Of a DNA stretch of 64,000 nucleotides, positions 51,108 through 63,918 are shown piece after piece. The notes beneath the pieces are model-generated. The model did no database searches. It saw only the letters and a list, made by a program, of their open reading frames with translations, and was not told the DNA's origin. The DNA is from Torpedo marmorata (Eukaryota). A program made the position numbers and the translations under genes. The DNA lies in the NCBI GenBank assembly GCA_977017645.1, contig OZ360220.1, forward strand, positions 290,346,001 to 290,410,000, in the 5' to 3' direction. Within the stretch, counting starts at the first letter, position 1, and every line of letters begins with the position of its first letter.

Positions 51108-51435
51108 CAGTCCCCGGGTTATGAACGAGATCCGTTCCTATGTCTGTCTTTAAGTCGAATTTGTAGGTAAGTCGGAACAGGTACATACAGTTCTTATTTA
51201 GCGTCAGTTAGTCAAACTTCTAGAAGTAGGCATCAAGGAAGGTTTGTACAGAGCTTTTCTTGCATCGGATTTACGCTTTGGAGGCATGGTTACAAGGGTA
51301 AATAACCATGATCCGACTTAAAATGGCGGACGGCGTTCTCCTTCCTCGAGCCGACGAACCGCTGAAGCTGCACATAGTCCGTTCGTAAGTACGAGTTGTC
51401 CGTAAGTCGGATGTTCGTAACCCGGGGACTGCCTG
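51108..51435 (-). mobile_element. Internally deleted Tigger-like element
   Basis: CAGTCCCCGGGTTATGAAC on the left is inverted against GTTCGTAACCCGGGGACTG(CCTG) on the right, with TA flanks. The minus strand retains ATGCCTCCAAAGCGTAAATCC (MPPKRKS), like a Tigger transposase start. Confidence 0.8.
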
Positions 51436-52496
51436 TAGTAGGTTTTAAGAAAGTTGAAAGGCAAAGAATTTTTAAGTATGAATTGTCGAGCTTGAAATCC
51501 AAGGAGTGAAAGGAATCAAAAATGTTGTGAAAAGACAGCAGAATGCAAGAAACCCAAATCACAAGAACAAGAGATCAAAGAGAGGGCAATATTGCCGGAA
51601 GAGTTTGCAGAGGTAAAGTGGGATAAAACCCCACCATCACTGACAAAGAAAACATTGCTTCTTCATTTGATTAGGTCCATGTCAGTGCTGTGAAAAGATG
51701 TAACTGTAATTAATGACTATTAATTTGAAAAGGTAATTGCAGATATTTGGGATGAATGATCAACATGCGTTTCTTTTTGTAGAGGAAGGGGAATTTAGAG
51801 GAAAGACAACAGTTCGCAAAACGGAAAAGTCAAGAGGGTTTAAAAGAAAAGATACAGGTCATGACAAAAATTTTGGTGGGGAAGGAAGCAGCACTTGAAT
51901 GGAAGGAACCATCCACAATCTCAGTAAAGAACCTCATTTGAATTATCAAGCAATTGGACGTGTTTGTTTCTGATAGCAAAAGTGACATGGGACTATCAGA
52001 ACCTGCTGCACATGTACTGGAGTATACAATGAACGGCTGCTTCTTAAGTTTTCTCCCTCTGGTGTATTAATTTATTTTCCTTAAGTTAACCAATTTACAA
52101 CCGGCCTGAATAACTGCAATTATTTAAAAGCATTTGCTCTAACTGTAACTGCTTTGTTACTAAAAATTGTAATTAATATTAGCACAGCTAATGAGAGAAA
52201 GAGAAATGCATGCAAATGATTGAAAAGATGCTTTTACATTAAACATTCAGGTGAAGGTTGTTGCTAATAAGGCAAAATATTTAATCCTGGAATAAGACAA
52301 ACATGAAAAAAAATCGAATGCACCTTTTTTTATTATAAAGAATCCATATAGGTGAAAGTGTTCCTTTTGATTGTTTTACATCTACTCTTTGGAGATCAGC
52401 AAGATGCTTCCATATTCGTAAGATAGCCATTTCTTACTTCGACTGTATTTCACTGATTAAGAAATTCATTCAAGAAATCAGTATTGCAGAAATTTA

Positions 52497-52712
52497 ATAC
52501 ACAAAAGTGCTGGAGAAACTCAGCAGGTCACGCAGCGTTCATAGGAAGCCAAGATATATAACCAACGTTTCGGGCCCGAGCCTTTTGTCAAGGTATGAAC
52601 AAAAAGTAGGCAAGCGCCTGAATAAAAAGATGGGGGTAGGAGGTAAGAAGGGGCAGGTGGATATGGGTGGGAGGGCAGGAGAAAAACGCTGGGAGTGATA
52701 GGGGAGGGGAAA
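52497..52712 (-). mobile_element. Penelope terminus fragment with hammerhead-like motif (about 52559-52595)
   Basis: TGCTGGAGAAACTCAGCAGGTC. Minus strand reads ACC-TTGACAA-A-AGGC-TCGG-GCCC-GAAAC-GTT-GGT. Confidence 0.75.
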
Positions 52713-52989
52713 GCATAGCAGAAATACTCATTGATACAATTACAGCAAATTGTTGCATATAGGCAATCAATTAAAAAATATTAAAATTATTTTTATCAAA
52801 GTCTTTATTTCTCGTTATTATCAGGGCTCTGCTACTTGCAAAAGTGACACTTTTATTTCCTTACAGGAAAGCACAAAATGGTGCCTTGTCACATCTATGT
52901 CTTGTTCATTGCTCATCCAATTTCATATTCCATATAAAGATAAGCTATGACTGGTTTGCTTTTCGTGACTCGGAAAACTTATGTAGTCA

Positions 52990-53303
52990 TATAGTTATCG
53001 AGCACAGAAACAAGCCTTTCAGCCCATCAAGTGTGCACCAACCATTCGTCTATGCAAACCCATCTTATTCTCCCCACATTCCCCTCAAATCCGCCACCCA
53101 TCTCGATTCTACCATGCACCTACAAACCAGGTGCAATTTACAGCAGCCAACTAATCTACCAACCTGCACATCTTTGGGAAACAAGAGAAAACCAGAGCAC
53201 CTACGGAAAACCCATGTGATCATGCAAACCACAAAGATAGCAGCAAAGGTCAGGATTGAAACCAGGTTACTGTAACTGTGAGGCAGCAGCTCTGCTAACT
53301 GTG
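52990..53303 (-). mobile_element. Old HE1-like V-SINE
   Basis: GAAAACCAGAGCACCTACGGAAAACCCATG...GGTCAGGATTGAAACCAGG...CTGTGAGGCAGCAGCTCTGCTAACTGTG is a reverse HE1-like head and core. Confidence 0.7.
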
Positions 53304-53307
53304 TCTT

Positions 53308-53677
53308 TAGCCCTTTTCACACTGGAACCTTGTCCTAGTAATTGACGGTCGATTTACCGGTTAAGGGTCCAGTGTAAAAGCGAATTAATCGGTACGCAGG
53401 TGTCAAATCACGCTGGGGATGGGCGGCCTCGACCCCTACTCGCATCCCCGGTGTCAGCTGACGCCTGCGTGCCGATTAGCCCAGTGTGAAAGGGACAATT
53501 AGTATCGGGACGTTTCCGGTAGAAGGTAGACTCTCCTATCTCTGGGGATTCCTTGTGGTGAATGTGAAAGGACGCAGTGTCCCGGTTAACAGTGGCTCAG
53601 TGTGAACAGCAAAAACGGCTTCTTTAACCGGGTCACTGAACGGCCAATTTACTGGTTAGACAATGTGAAAGAGACTA
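53308..53677. mobile_element. PIF/Harbinger-like MITE
   Basis: TAGCCCTTTTCACACTG versus reverse-complemented right end TAGTCTCTTTCACATTG. Internal repeats of (C)AGTGTGAAA-like motifs near 53370, 53482, 53562 and 53599. Confidence 0.72.
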
Positions 53678-56600
53678 TTGAGACGCCTCAAGCATCATAA
53701 CCAGTACATAACATATGAATATCATGCAAATGAGCAAAACCATCACACAAATGAATCCGTAATTGCTTCATCGTAGTTAAAATTATATTCAATAGAGCTT
53801 TAAACTGAAGTACCCAATATGCTAAGAGAATATGTAGGAGTTTTCAAATTCGTACAGGTCTATTTGCTTACATTACTTTAAATAAGAGACAACACAAATC
53901 TCACACATTTCCCAAGTTTCTAGGACAAGAATTTTACCTCAAGATCCATTTTGTGTTTAACAACAATAAATGTGTGCTCAACCGTGCCAATGAATAGATT
54001 CCATGATTCCATCATTTCCCCTTTCCTAATTTTCTCTCATCTCTCGCACAGTAAGCCCTGAGTGAACTCCTTTAAGACTAATTACATTCATTCCTTTACT
54101 CTGCACAGCATGGTATTGTTAGATTACCAGATCCACAGCAACAGGGTGGCAGAAAAGACTCATCTTCAGCTGCACCTCACCAACCAGGATGCAGCATCTG
54201 GGTGGATTGGAATGCAACCCCTTCATTAATGTATTTGCAGATCAGAATGGAAAGAATTTATCTCTTTTGAGGGAGAAGGGTAATTAACCTCCAATAAGTT
54301 GCTCGTCAGTTCCCTTCTCTCTGGTGTCAGCAGCCTCTGAAACCCTTATTTGACCTGGTTTCTCTCGGCTTCACACAAAGGAACCACATTGAAGGAACTG
54401 GGTTTCCTCCTGTAACAGTCATTGGATAGAGGCAAAGCCATCAACTTTAACTAAGCACCAAATAATGAACTGCAAAACCCTTTTCTGTTGAATTTTACAA
54501 CCAGAAACAGAACACATTTATGAGCAGCAGCAGTCTCCCTCCTCCTACCACCCCCTCCACCCCCCCCCCCTCCCAAACCACAGTCACAATCTCCTGGAAG
54601 TGCTGAAACAGTAACTCAAACTTTCTCTACAAATAAAATGCAGTCTCCAACCCCACCTTAATAATCAGCATTAACCCTGCTGGCATGGACTATCTCCAGC
54701 CAGCAAGATGCATTCTCTTATTTCTATTGCTCATCAGTGTATCCATGTTTCAATTAATATTTCTAAAAGATTCTTCCTCAAAAATAGGGAAATTGAAAAG
54801 CCAAGGACAGTAACAACACAATGATTTGTTTGTAGTGAGTGCTAAAGGAATATGGCATTCAAAGAATGTCTAATTGCGAGGCGCTCTGGAATTCTTATCC
54901 TCAAAGCAGTTATTAAATTTATCTTGTTTATGCTCTGTCAATAAATGTAACTTTCCCTTGTATTTTTATTCAGTTATAACATTTGTTTTTAAAATTTACT
55001 GATTTGTGGATTTTATCAATATAACAGAGAAACAAAGGAAAACAACTCACTCCATTTTCTTTAAAAAAATACATAACATTTACTCAGTTGCAAGCAGAAA
55101 AAAGGAAGATTTAGTGTCATTACAAGCTCAACAAGGATAGCTAAAGATGTCAAAATGTGCAGCCAGAGTCATTTCAGGATGTGGCCAGGAAAGTGTCAGG
55201 ATACACTAAAATGCAAGAGGGTTAACCCTGCCACTCAGATGATATCTTAATATTTGATATTAAATATTACTGGTAGACAATTCCATTGCCATTTCTTAAC
55301 CTATTTTTAAAACAAGGGAATAGTACATTGAGATTAGGATCAGTTCTTTGCATCAATACAAAGTTTTCACATTATTGCTTATACTTTAACTTTCACTTTC
55401 CCAGTTTTCTGGAAGAGGAAATATGAACAAATAAATTAATCCAGCACCTCAGAGCCCACACTGAAAAGTGTTTCAACCACTATTCAATTGCTCCAATACT
55501 GCTCAAAATTATAAAGACTAAAAGCTGCATCACACAGCTATGGGTTTTATGTCTTATGATCTCTCCGCACAGCACAATATAATGTACTGTTCAGTTCAAT
55601 GTAAACAGTTTTAAATAGAGTTCCAAATGGTTACTTTTTTATAGATACTTGAGGTAAAAGGCCAACTCGTGAAAGGTGTAACACTGCAGGAGTAGTTTTC
55701 TTTGATAAAACATTGTTAAAACCTACGAGTATATCAAATAACTGGTAAGTGCAACGAACGTTGGGTGAATTGAGTGGTTTTTAAAAATTATTCCCAATAC
55801 ATCATATTTAGACCCACTAAGGAGATAACAGTGCCTTCAATCATATCAGCCCAGGTGAGGAAATTCTCCCAATAGCTTAAAATCCAATTTGTAAACTGGA
55901 AACACATTCTTGCCTAGCAGTCTAGTAAATGCAAAAAAAAAAACATGCCCTGTGACCTAAATCCATTTGTTCATCTCAGCTCAAACTAGGACATGCGTTA
56001 GAGGTTTCTACCTCTGCATTAGAAAAATAGGAGATACACAAGGCAAGAGGGAATGTTGCATAGAACATACCAAGTGGGATACAGATTGAAACAATGTCAG
56101 AAACACAATATATACGGTAAATGATACAGTATTAGAAAAATATAAAGTGATGAAAGTATACAAATCATGATGAAAATCCAAAAATGCTTACAAATAAATT
56201 TAGTCATTTACAAAGAGCAATAGATACAGCAAGAAATCTCTCCAAAAGAAAAATGCAACTCATTGATTCATGGGAAAAAGGTAAATTAAATAGAAGACAA
56301 TAAGAGAGTGACAAAGAGTGCAAAGTTGATGAAATAGATTTATATATAATTTGTGAGCAGTAGAGGTAAAAGAGAATTATACACACATAAAACCACACGA
56401 AGCAGGAATACTTATTAAAAATGACAGAATCAGCCAGTGAAGCGCTTTGAGTAGCACCAACCTCAACCGCTAATTGTATGTTTAAACTACAGAATGCTAC
56501 TTCATATGAAACAATAAAATAAGTACTATACTTTTTGAGAAAAAAAATAATGAATTTGAGAAAAATCGTTAAGCCAAGTTTAAAATTAAGTATGGGCATT

Positions 56601-56999
56601 GTTTGTTTGTTTTCAATAGTTCTACTTAATGATTTTTTAATATATTTCAGTAAATGATTGTGCAAAATATTTTCATCTTTGCAACTCACGTACAATTTTA
56701 TGATTGGATTGGAATAATTTAATAAATGACACAATTAATCCATTAAATTCCTGGGAAAAGCTTTTGCTGAAGGAACGAAAGTGAGCAGAAATAAACCAAC
56801 GACAAACGAGGCAGGGTTTCGAAAGATTTGTTTAAATTTATTTGCGGCAGCAGACGCTGGAATTGTGCTGAGGTGTCCCCTGAAATGGAAACATTTCAAC
56901 TCGTCCCTCTTGAACTTTTTGCTTGCTTTAATTCACGAATCCTTCATCGTTTTTTAAAATTAAACAGAATAACCTGCATTTTTGGTTGACTTAAGAAAC

Positions 57000-59500
57000 G
57001 AAAACTTTCGCTATCTTCTAACAATTCGAAAAGAGAGGGGGGTGGGTGGGGTCTCTCGCAGAGATGCAGCTTAAATTGGAACCTAAATATTGCGCTTTTA
57101 TTGCAGAAAGAGATTTTGTTATGTTTGATCTCGTTAAAAGCAGACCGGCATTCGTGGAGCAATTGCTAAATCTTCGACCGTATCCGGGCACGTTAAAAAC
57201 CAGAACATCGGTGAGCATGGTCACGGTTGCACAGATGGGACGGCAACACTGCGAGGTTTTGGTGGCTGTGGATCGGATGCTGGAAGTTGGGCCCAGCCTC
57301 ACACTGACGGCTGAAGCTGTCTCCAAGTTTCACTCAAACTTTAGCGCCTCTCCCCGCTCACAAGAACCAGGAGGCGCCCGCTGAACAACTCCCAAGTAAT
57401 TGCCTTAGGATTCCACCGCTTTCCTTCCAGATTTAATTTCCCTCCAGCCCAACATCTTTTATACTTTAAAAAAAAAACCCTTTAAAGCCGTGCAGGCGGA
57501 CGGTCTACCATCCATGTCAGTGGTGGGGCAGCGGACGGGTAAACTTCGCACCACGACCACAGGGTCGCGGCCGCAGCGTTAACTCTGTCCCGGGGAGGCG
57601 GCGTAGCGACTTGTTGGAAGCACAGGAGTTGGAAACTCCACCGCTGGCAGCTTTCCCCAGACGCACACAACGCGGGCGGAGTAGACAGCGCAGCGGCTGC
57701 ATTCAAACCCCGTGTGCGCGCCTTTGAACCGGAGCCGGCGCCTCGTTGCCATTCAACGCACTTAACCCGGTTTCCATGTGCCTGTCACCACAGCGAGAAG
57801 CGCGGTTCACCTGGAAAAATGCTCTTCTCGTCTGTTGAACGCCGCTGTTCCCGACACCCCCTCCCGTTTGAATCATTTATTTGTGCAAACAAAATAGCGA
57901 CATCCCCAGAGTTTACCAGAAAGGTAACCCGAACCAGTATTTTTCACCCCCCCCCCCCCCCCAATCCCCAGCAGTGATTTTTGTCTTTAGTATTAAAAAG
58001 AGCCAACTGCGGGCGGCGCAGCATCCCCTCCGCCGCGGTGCAGCCGGGCCGCGCCGCACTCACTCCGCCCCCCGCGGCCCGCTCCAGCGCGCCTTACCTC
58101 GGGTTGGTGCTGTTCCAGTAGACGGCGTACCGATCGGCTACCACTTTGCCGGGCTCCTGCGACCAAACACACATCCAGAGCAGCAGGAAGACGACAAGTA
58201 CCTCCGTGTTGATCATGGCTGCGGAGAAGATGAGGAGAACCCGCCCTTTAAAGTCTCTCTCTCCCTCTCTACTCTTCCAAAGTTAAAGCTTCAGATTCCC
58301 ACTCTCATTCAGCGTCTTTTCAGATAAATCAGGCTCGAAGAGACCAAGTCCAAAACTGTAGCAAGAAATGGGAAGGAAGGAGCAGTGACTGTGCAGACCA
58401 CGTCAAAGCCAGAGACCTGATGGAGATTTTAATTCATCGGAACACGATGAGAGGCAGTGGTCTGTGAAATCAAATCAAACAATTACGAATCCCCGGGCAG
58501 CAGGGAATGAGATTGGCGCAAAGTTCTGTAAAACGAGGTTAAGTCCGCAATCTGTATGCAACTGGGGCAGCAATCGGCAAGAAAAAAGTCGGTGCAAAGA
58601 GAGCCCGAAGTAACGACGTGCGTTGTTGGTGCTGCTGGTGGCGGTGATGTGTGAGAGAGATCGATGTTTTAAATTATATGTATTCAGTTACTGGGAGTAT
58701 AACAAGACCGGCTGGAGATTCCCGAGGCGACAGCATCCAGGCAATCCGTCACAGCATCCCTTTTTCTTTGCCTCGCCCACCCCTCCCTCCCCAAAACCCA
58801 CCCACCCCCGTCCCCAACTGAAGATGTGGTTTGCAGAGCTGGAGGCAAGTCGCCGCTGCACCCCAAGTGCAAAGCCCTCTGCAAACACAGCCCGGGCAAG
58901 CAGCAACGGAGCCGCCCCTCCCGCACAGTGGGGGGGGGGTGGGGTGAGGTAGATGGGTGGGTGTTTGATTTGGTGGTGTGCCCCTCCCCTTGACGGGCTG
59001 AGCAGCCGGGATCCGGAGAGAAATCCGAGTCGGGGCGGAGAGCAGAGGCTGCGGGACGAGAGTGCCGCCGCTTCATTGACAGTCTTGGCGGCGCCGACTT
59101 GTTTGGGGGGCTGGCAAGGGAGGCGGGGCGGCTCCGGGGGAAGGGGCGGGGATTGCAGCCGAGGAGTGGGGTGGATCGCCAGCTTCTGACACCCCCCCCC
59201 CTCTCCTTTAACCGCCCTCGCAACCGCTGATAGGCTGGCCCTGACCCCACCCCCCAGCCTCTCCGCCAATACGTGCACTCGTCCAAAACCCGGCGAAGTC
59301 GGGTGTCGGCGAACACAGGCGGCTGTCACCTCGTATATCCTCAGCATCCAGCCTTGTTTGCTCTTACCTTTCCAGCCTGTTCTGCACAAGCCGGATCACG
59401 TCGTCGAAAATAACTCTGACCTTCTCCACGACCGTCTGCCTTTGTAGGGATCGCGCTTTGACTTCATTGTCGAGAAACTCACCTGTTCATTTACAAGCTC
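57000..59500 (-). promoter_or_regulatory. CpG island / promoter and 5' region of the ephrin-A gene
   Basis: GC and CpG density rise sharply around the first exon. GC boxes (GGGGCGG near 59125 and 59143), CCAAT near 59266, and G-runs. Confidence 0.8.
58098..58216 (-). CDS. efna5: Ephrin-A (most likely ephrin-A5), first coding exon: signal peptide and start of the receptor-binding domain
   Basis: GCAGCC-ATG Kozak context. 119 nt encode MINTEVLVVFLLLWMCVWSQEPGKVVADRYAVYWNSTNP(R), ending in a phase-2 donor AG|GTAAGG, matching the EFNA5 exon 1 motif LWMCV.SQ.PG..VADRYAVYWNS.NPR. EFNA2 cannot be fully excluded. Confidence 0.9.
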
Positions 59501-60229
59501 GGGAAAGATGAAATCGGCGGCTTTCCCAGTGTGCTGGGGATATGGAGGTTCAGCTTGAATGGAGAGTTAATTCATGTTATTCGTCCCACATCATTAGTTA
59601 TAAATCCTTTCAAAATAAAGTCATAGACCACCAGTGGGGCACTCTTCACTTGTCACAGCATCTGCCATCACGTCGTCTAGCTTTGCTCCAACAAACGCAG
59701 TCTATCGAATTTAACGAGGATGAGGGGTTTGCCCGCTCTCTTCGCACGTTGCTCTTTCCGCTTCCCTGTTCGGGAGGATGAATTTGTCTGCTCTCCTCAG
59801 CCAGCTGCCGTGATTGAACTTACAAGTCGGAACCGCTTGTTAGACAGCTCCAACACTCCTCCTGGCGGCCTCGCCGCTCGCTGCAGTGGGCTTCACACAC
59901 TCAACCTCCTGAGTGAACCTTTGCACAGTCACCGTCCAGATTACCAATTCGTCAAAGAAAGTCCAGTTGATGTGTTCAACGATATAGAACCAAATACTTC
60001 AAATTCCAAAGAAAATCGCCTATAATTCTGAGATGCAGACGCTATTCTTTCCTACCTCTGCATTTGCTTGAAACCTGCTTAAAAACTTTCTCAATCCAAT
60101 GAAACATCATGTAATTGGTAAGCGTTCTTTTGCAGTGGACTTGAACAAAATTGTAAATGGGAACGAAGATATCAAGAGCCAATTTCAGTCGGGCCTTTGA
60201 TCTGAAAATAAAACTGGTAGACATTGATA

Positions 60230-60320
60230 ATAAATACTCAAAAGTGCTGGAGAAACTCAGCAGCTCCCACAGCGCCCATAGAAGGCAAAGATATGTAACC
60301 AAAGTTTCAAGGCCGCAGAC
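60230..60320. repeat. Penelope terminus remnant
   Basis: AAAGTGCTGGAGAAACTCAGCAG...CAGCGCCCATAGAAGGCAAAGATATGTAACC, as at 34500-34560. Confidence 0.7.
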
Positions 60321-60789
60321 TTTCATGTTTCACTGGACATTGATAGCTTTGATTTGACAGCTAGTCAAAGTTTGGTACATAAGAGATAAGATGCAATACT
60401 ATAAATTATGATTTATTAGTCAGCCAATTTTTATATGTCCTGCTGTATTTATTTTCAGTGAAGTGAATAGGAATTTGAAAAGATGTTCCATATAATGGAA
60501 GAAAATTTTAAAATACTGTATAGCAGATTCTGAAAGAAATGGAGGAAGGGGGCAGATGGAAAGGGGCACTAGAATATAAATATTGTTGGAGATCAATTAT
60601 GTTAAATGGCCTGTTTCTGTGACTTCAGGAGGTTTAGAAATTGCTGGAATTACTGTTGAGACTGCAGCAGTCATAGCAACAGCAAGAAGGCAACAAAGAT
60701 CAGTGGAAATGAAAAGAAGATGGTAAAGGAATCAAGGGCCATTGAAACTTGCAGCACGTGGTCTCCCTGGATTATGTGTTGAATCCCTC

Positions 60790-61050
60790 AGAATCAAGGA
60801 TGACTTCCTTTCACTAAGGTTTTGAAGATTCTGAGATGGCAAATAAAGACGATATGGAACAGCAGACTCTGCCACAAATGGGGCAGTTGGTGGCTCATCG
60901 GGCAGCAGGTGGATAGTTTGTGATGTAGTGTGCTTCTTCTGCCTTCTGTTGGTTCCCGATGTATGGTTCTCAATACCACCCTGGACTAGAGGCTTCCAGA
61001 GGTCAGTAGTGGTGTTCCACTTCTTCAAGGAAGTGTTGATTATATCCTTG
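60790..61050 (-). mobile_element. RTE-like LINE 3'-end fragment
   Basis: The minus strand encodes a CPICGRVC zinc-finger-like remnant followed by GGAAGTCATCCT, similar to the 2990-3080 end. Confidence 0.6.
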
Positions 61051-61717
61051 ATTTTTTTTCTCTCTGTCCATCTGGTAATCTCTTCCTATGACAGAACTTG
61101 GAATAGGGTGTCTGTTTTGGGATCCTGCTGTCAGACAATTGAATATCGTGGGCAGCTCAAAGCAACAGATGGAGAGTGCTTTGGGCCTCAAAGCTGGAAA
61201 TATGTTATACCTAACATTACAGAGTTGCAGTGTGTGAGGAAGCTGTATCACAAACAGGCAAAAGAAATTGAAACCAAAGAAGAGCACATGCAGTCTTTGG
61301 CTGTAAAGATAATAGTGGTTCTGAAAGTCCATATGCACATTTCGGCTTTAAACTGTAACGGGTTAGATCAGAAACAGTCATTATGCTGACCTGCTGGATT
61401 CCTAACAAGCTACAGATGACTTCCATGCTTGGACAGAACAATGCAACACTTTCTCAATGCAGTCTTCAAGGCACAAGGATATTTTCCCACTCTGCTTGAT
61501 CTCTCCATGTGTTTTCACCTGTTCACCCATTCCCCTGCATCTTTTATTTCAAGAAGATGAGCATCCTTTTTTTCCAACAGGAATTACCTGTACTCCTACA
61601 TTTTTCTGTTGACTGTAACTGTAGGCAGTGAAAATATTAGTGTTTGCACAGTTTCCTGGCATTCATCTTCATGCCTTCATTCTGCATCAGCCCTCAGTTT
61701 CATCCTGATATAAAATA

Positions 61718-61875
61718 TAAACAGATAATGCTGGCAATATTCAACAGATCAGAGAGCATCTGCAGAGAGAATAACATTTCAGATGGTTAACTTTGCCACT
61801 CTCACCACCAGTGCTGCCCAACCTGCTGAGTTTCCAGAATTCTCTGTTTATTTTTCAGAATTTCAGCATCTGCCT
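61718..61875. repeat. Penelope-terminus-derived inverted remnant
   Basis: ATGCTGGCAATATTCAACAGATC...ACCTGCTGAGTTTCCAG...TTTCAGCATCTGC. Confidence 0.55.
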
Positions 61876-62336
61876 TCTTTCATTTCTCAATTTTAGTTTA
61901 ACCTTTTTGAACCAGACAAGTGGCTTTCATGCTGTAGAGATAGGACTTAAATCATGTCTTCTATTACGACATGGGGACAGTGCATCAAAACCATGCGAGG
62001 GATTTAGATGTCAGAGATCCGTTGAGCAAACAATGGATATCTACAAACAATGATTTCAGAGCATGGACCAATCTGATGGAATCTCACAGTACAGTCCAGA
62101 ACAACTCTCCAGACTTGTGTAGAATTCAGCAATCACTACAAATACATTATTCATTGTGTCAAGCTTTGCAGTTACAACAAGAGGAAAAATCCCAGAGCAT
62201 TGAAGTGCAATACACAAATATGCTGGAGAAACTCAGCAGGTCATGCAGCATCCAGAGGAAGAAAAGGGTATCCAATGTTGGAGCATTGAAGAATGGGTTT
62301 GGATAAATGATTATAATCAAATGAGAAAGGCTGCAT

Positions 62337-63200
62337 TTCAAGATTCAATTTACGATTCAAGATTCAATTTATTGTCATAGTAATAAGACAGTGTCATATT
62401 CCATGAAATTTCTTTTTGCCTGCTGCAAGGCAGACAGATTCGCCACCGGCAGAAATTGCCTAAGCGCCTCTAACATTCTTTACAGTCAGAGAAAGAGAAG
62501 CAAAAGAGAGTCCCCCCAGAGTCACCGAGTGTCCATAGATTCGCCTCCAGCGCTTCCGCAGCCTCCGCAGCCACACAGAGTCCAGTCCAAACCATCGGCA
62601 ACCCGAGCTCTAGATCCGAACCTCCAACACGGTCAGGTCGCCTTCGGCACCCCCTCGCATCTCGGTTCTGATACTTGGTACTCCTCCAGCCAGTTCGAGC
62701 CAGCCTCCAGCAGTCCACAGACCGGCGTGAGTCCCCCGACAGCAGTCTCCAGCAGCCCACAGCCTCCGCGGGTTCCTCGCCTCGAGTCACCAGCAGCCCG
62801 CCGCATGCACTGGTCCTTCAGCCTCAGAGCCCCTCACTGGTCCGCCGCCGTGGTCACCGTCCCATGGGTCGTCTCCTCCGTTTCTCCTTCTCAGACGGGG
62901 GGGGTGATCTTCCCGTCCTCTGGTGCCCTGCTCCAGTCCTCCGTTTCCCCAGAGTCTGCAGCCCCTCATGGCTGCTGCCGGTTCAAAGGCGCTGCCATCT
63001 TGGGCACAGACCCCGTGGTCACGGGATCTTAAATAAAACCATCGTCGGCTCCCTCAACGGGCCGTTCAAAGCCCGTGCAGAACCAATGGCAGTTGACTGG
63101 GCGGCTGGACCCCGCGGGAGTGCTGTATCTCCCGCTCCCCGCGGGTCCGCACCAGCGGCAGCGCTGCAGCTACAGCGGCTCCGGCAGCGCCGCCATGTTC
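62337..63200 (-). mobile_element. Non-coding retroposon: GC-rich 5' part plus Rex/Babar-like 3' tail
   Basis: The minus strand starts AACATGGCGGCG and ends TGTCTGCCTTGCAGCAGGCA...AATTTCATG...TGACAATAAA-(TTGAATC)n. An older homologous copy lies at 63595-63900. Confidence 0.7.
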
Positions 63201-63594
63201 AAATGTGAATTTTGTGGCCTTGTTCAAATGAAATTTGCCACAGCCATAAAGCAAAACATATTTAAGGATTCTCTTTATACTATCCAGAATGTCAATAGTC
63301 CAACATTTTCTGAAAGGGCCCCAGCAGTACTGACATGTAAGGCTTTCTCACATGCAACTACAAATTTGATACCTAACATTAATACAAATAAAATGATCCT
63401 CTTTACACTGCACTACACGTTTTGTAAGTATAATAACCTTTCCTTCTCTTTAGACTGAATTGAAATCACTTTGGTGCAACAACTTAGTGTCTGGAGTCTC
63501 TGATTGTTTAGTAATACCAATATGTCATGAAAACCTGCCAAGATAAAGCATGAGAGCCAGTACCATCTTCACAATATTAGCCATCTACTCTGCA

Positions 63595-63900
63595 AGAATC
63601 AGGTTCCTTTATTATCATGTACATAATACACAAAATTAGTTTGCCTGTAAAGGCATGCAAAGAGACACCACTAGTCATTCTTGAAGCAATCCTAAGAAGC
63701 AAAAGAGGGTCCTTTCAGAGACATTGAGTATCCATGGATCCCTGCACCTCCTCTGATGCCACTGCCTCCTGTGCTCTTGTAACCTTCATAGCCACATGGA
63801 TTCCTGTCTGTTCCAGCGGTGAACCCGAATTCCAGCATCGAAGTCACCCTCTTTGGCCCCTGGTTTCAAACCAGAGCTGTTAATGCTTGAGGCCCTTCAG
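63595..63900 (-). mobile_element. Diverged copy of the 62337-63200 retroposon (3' part)
   Basis: TTTATTATCATG...TTTGCCTG...AAGAAGCAAAAGAG...CAGAGACATTGAGTATCCATGGAT aligns with 62370-62540. Confidence 0.6.
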
Positions 63901-63918
63901 AAGTCAGTCTAACTAGAG

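Noticed and set aside
56204-56734. 176-aa hydrophobic ORF
   Set aside because: The F/L/I/S-rich composition is what chance ORFs in T-rich DNA produce, and there is no recognisable motif.
57881-59389. Long overlapping ORFs (148, 210, 233 aa) in the CpG island
   Set aside because: These reflect stop-poor GC-rich DNA and give low-complexity P/R/G products. The real coding signal is the 119-nt exon.
62391-63208. 213-aa and 177-aa ORFs
   Set aside because: They are Ser/Pro-rich readthroughs of a GC-rich repeat on its antisense strand, with no domain.
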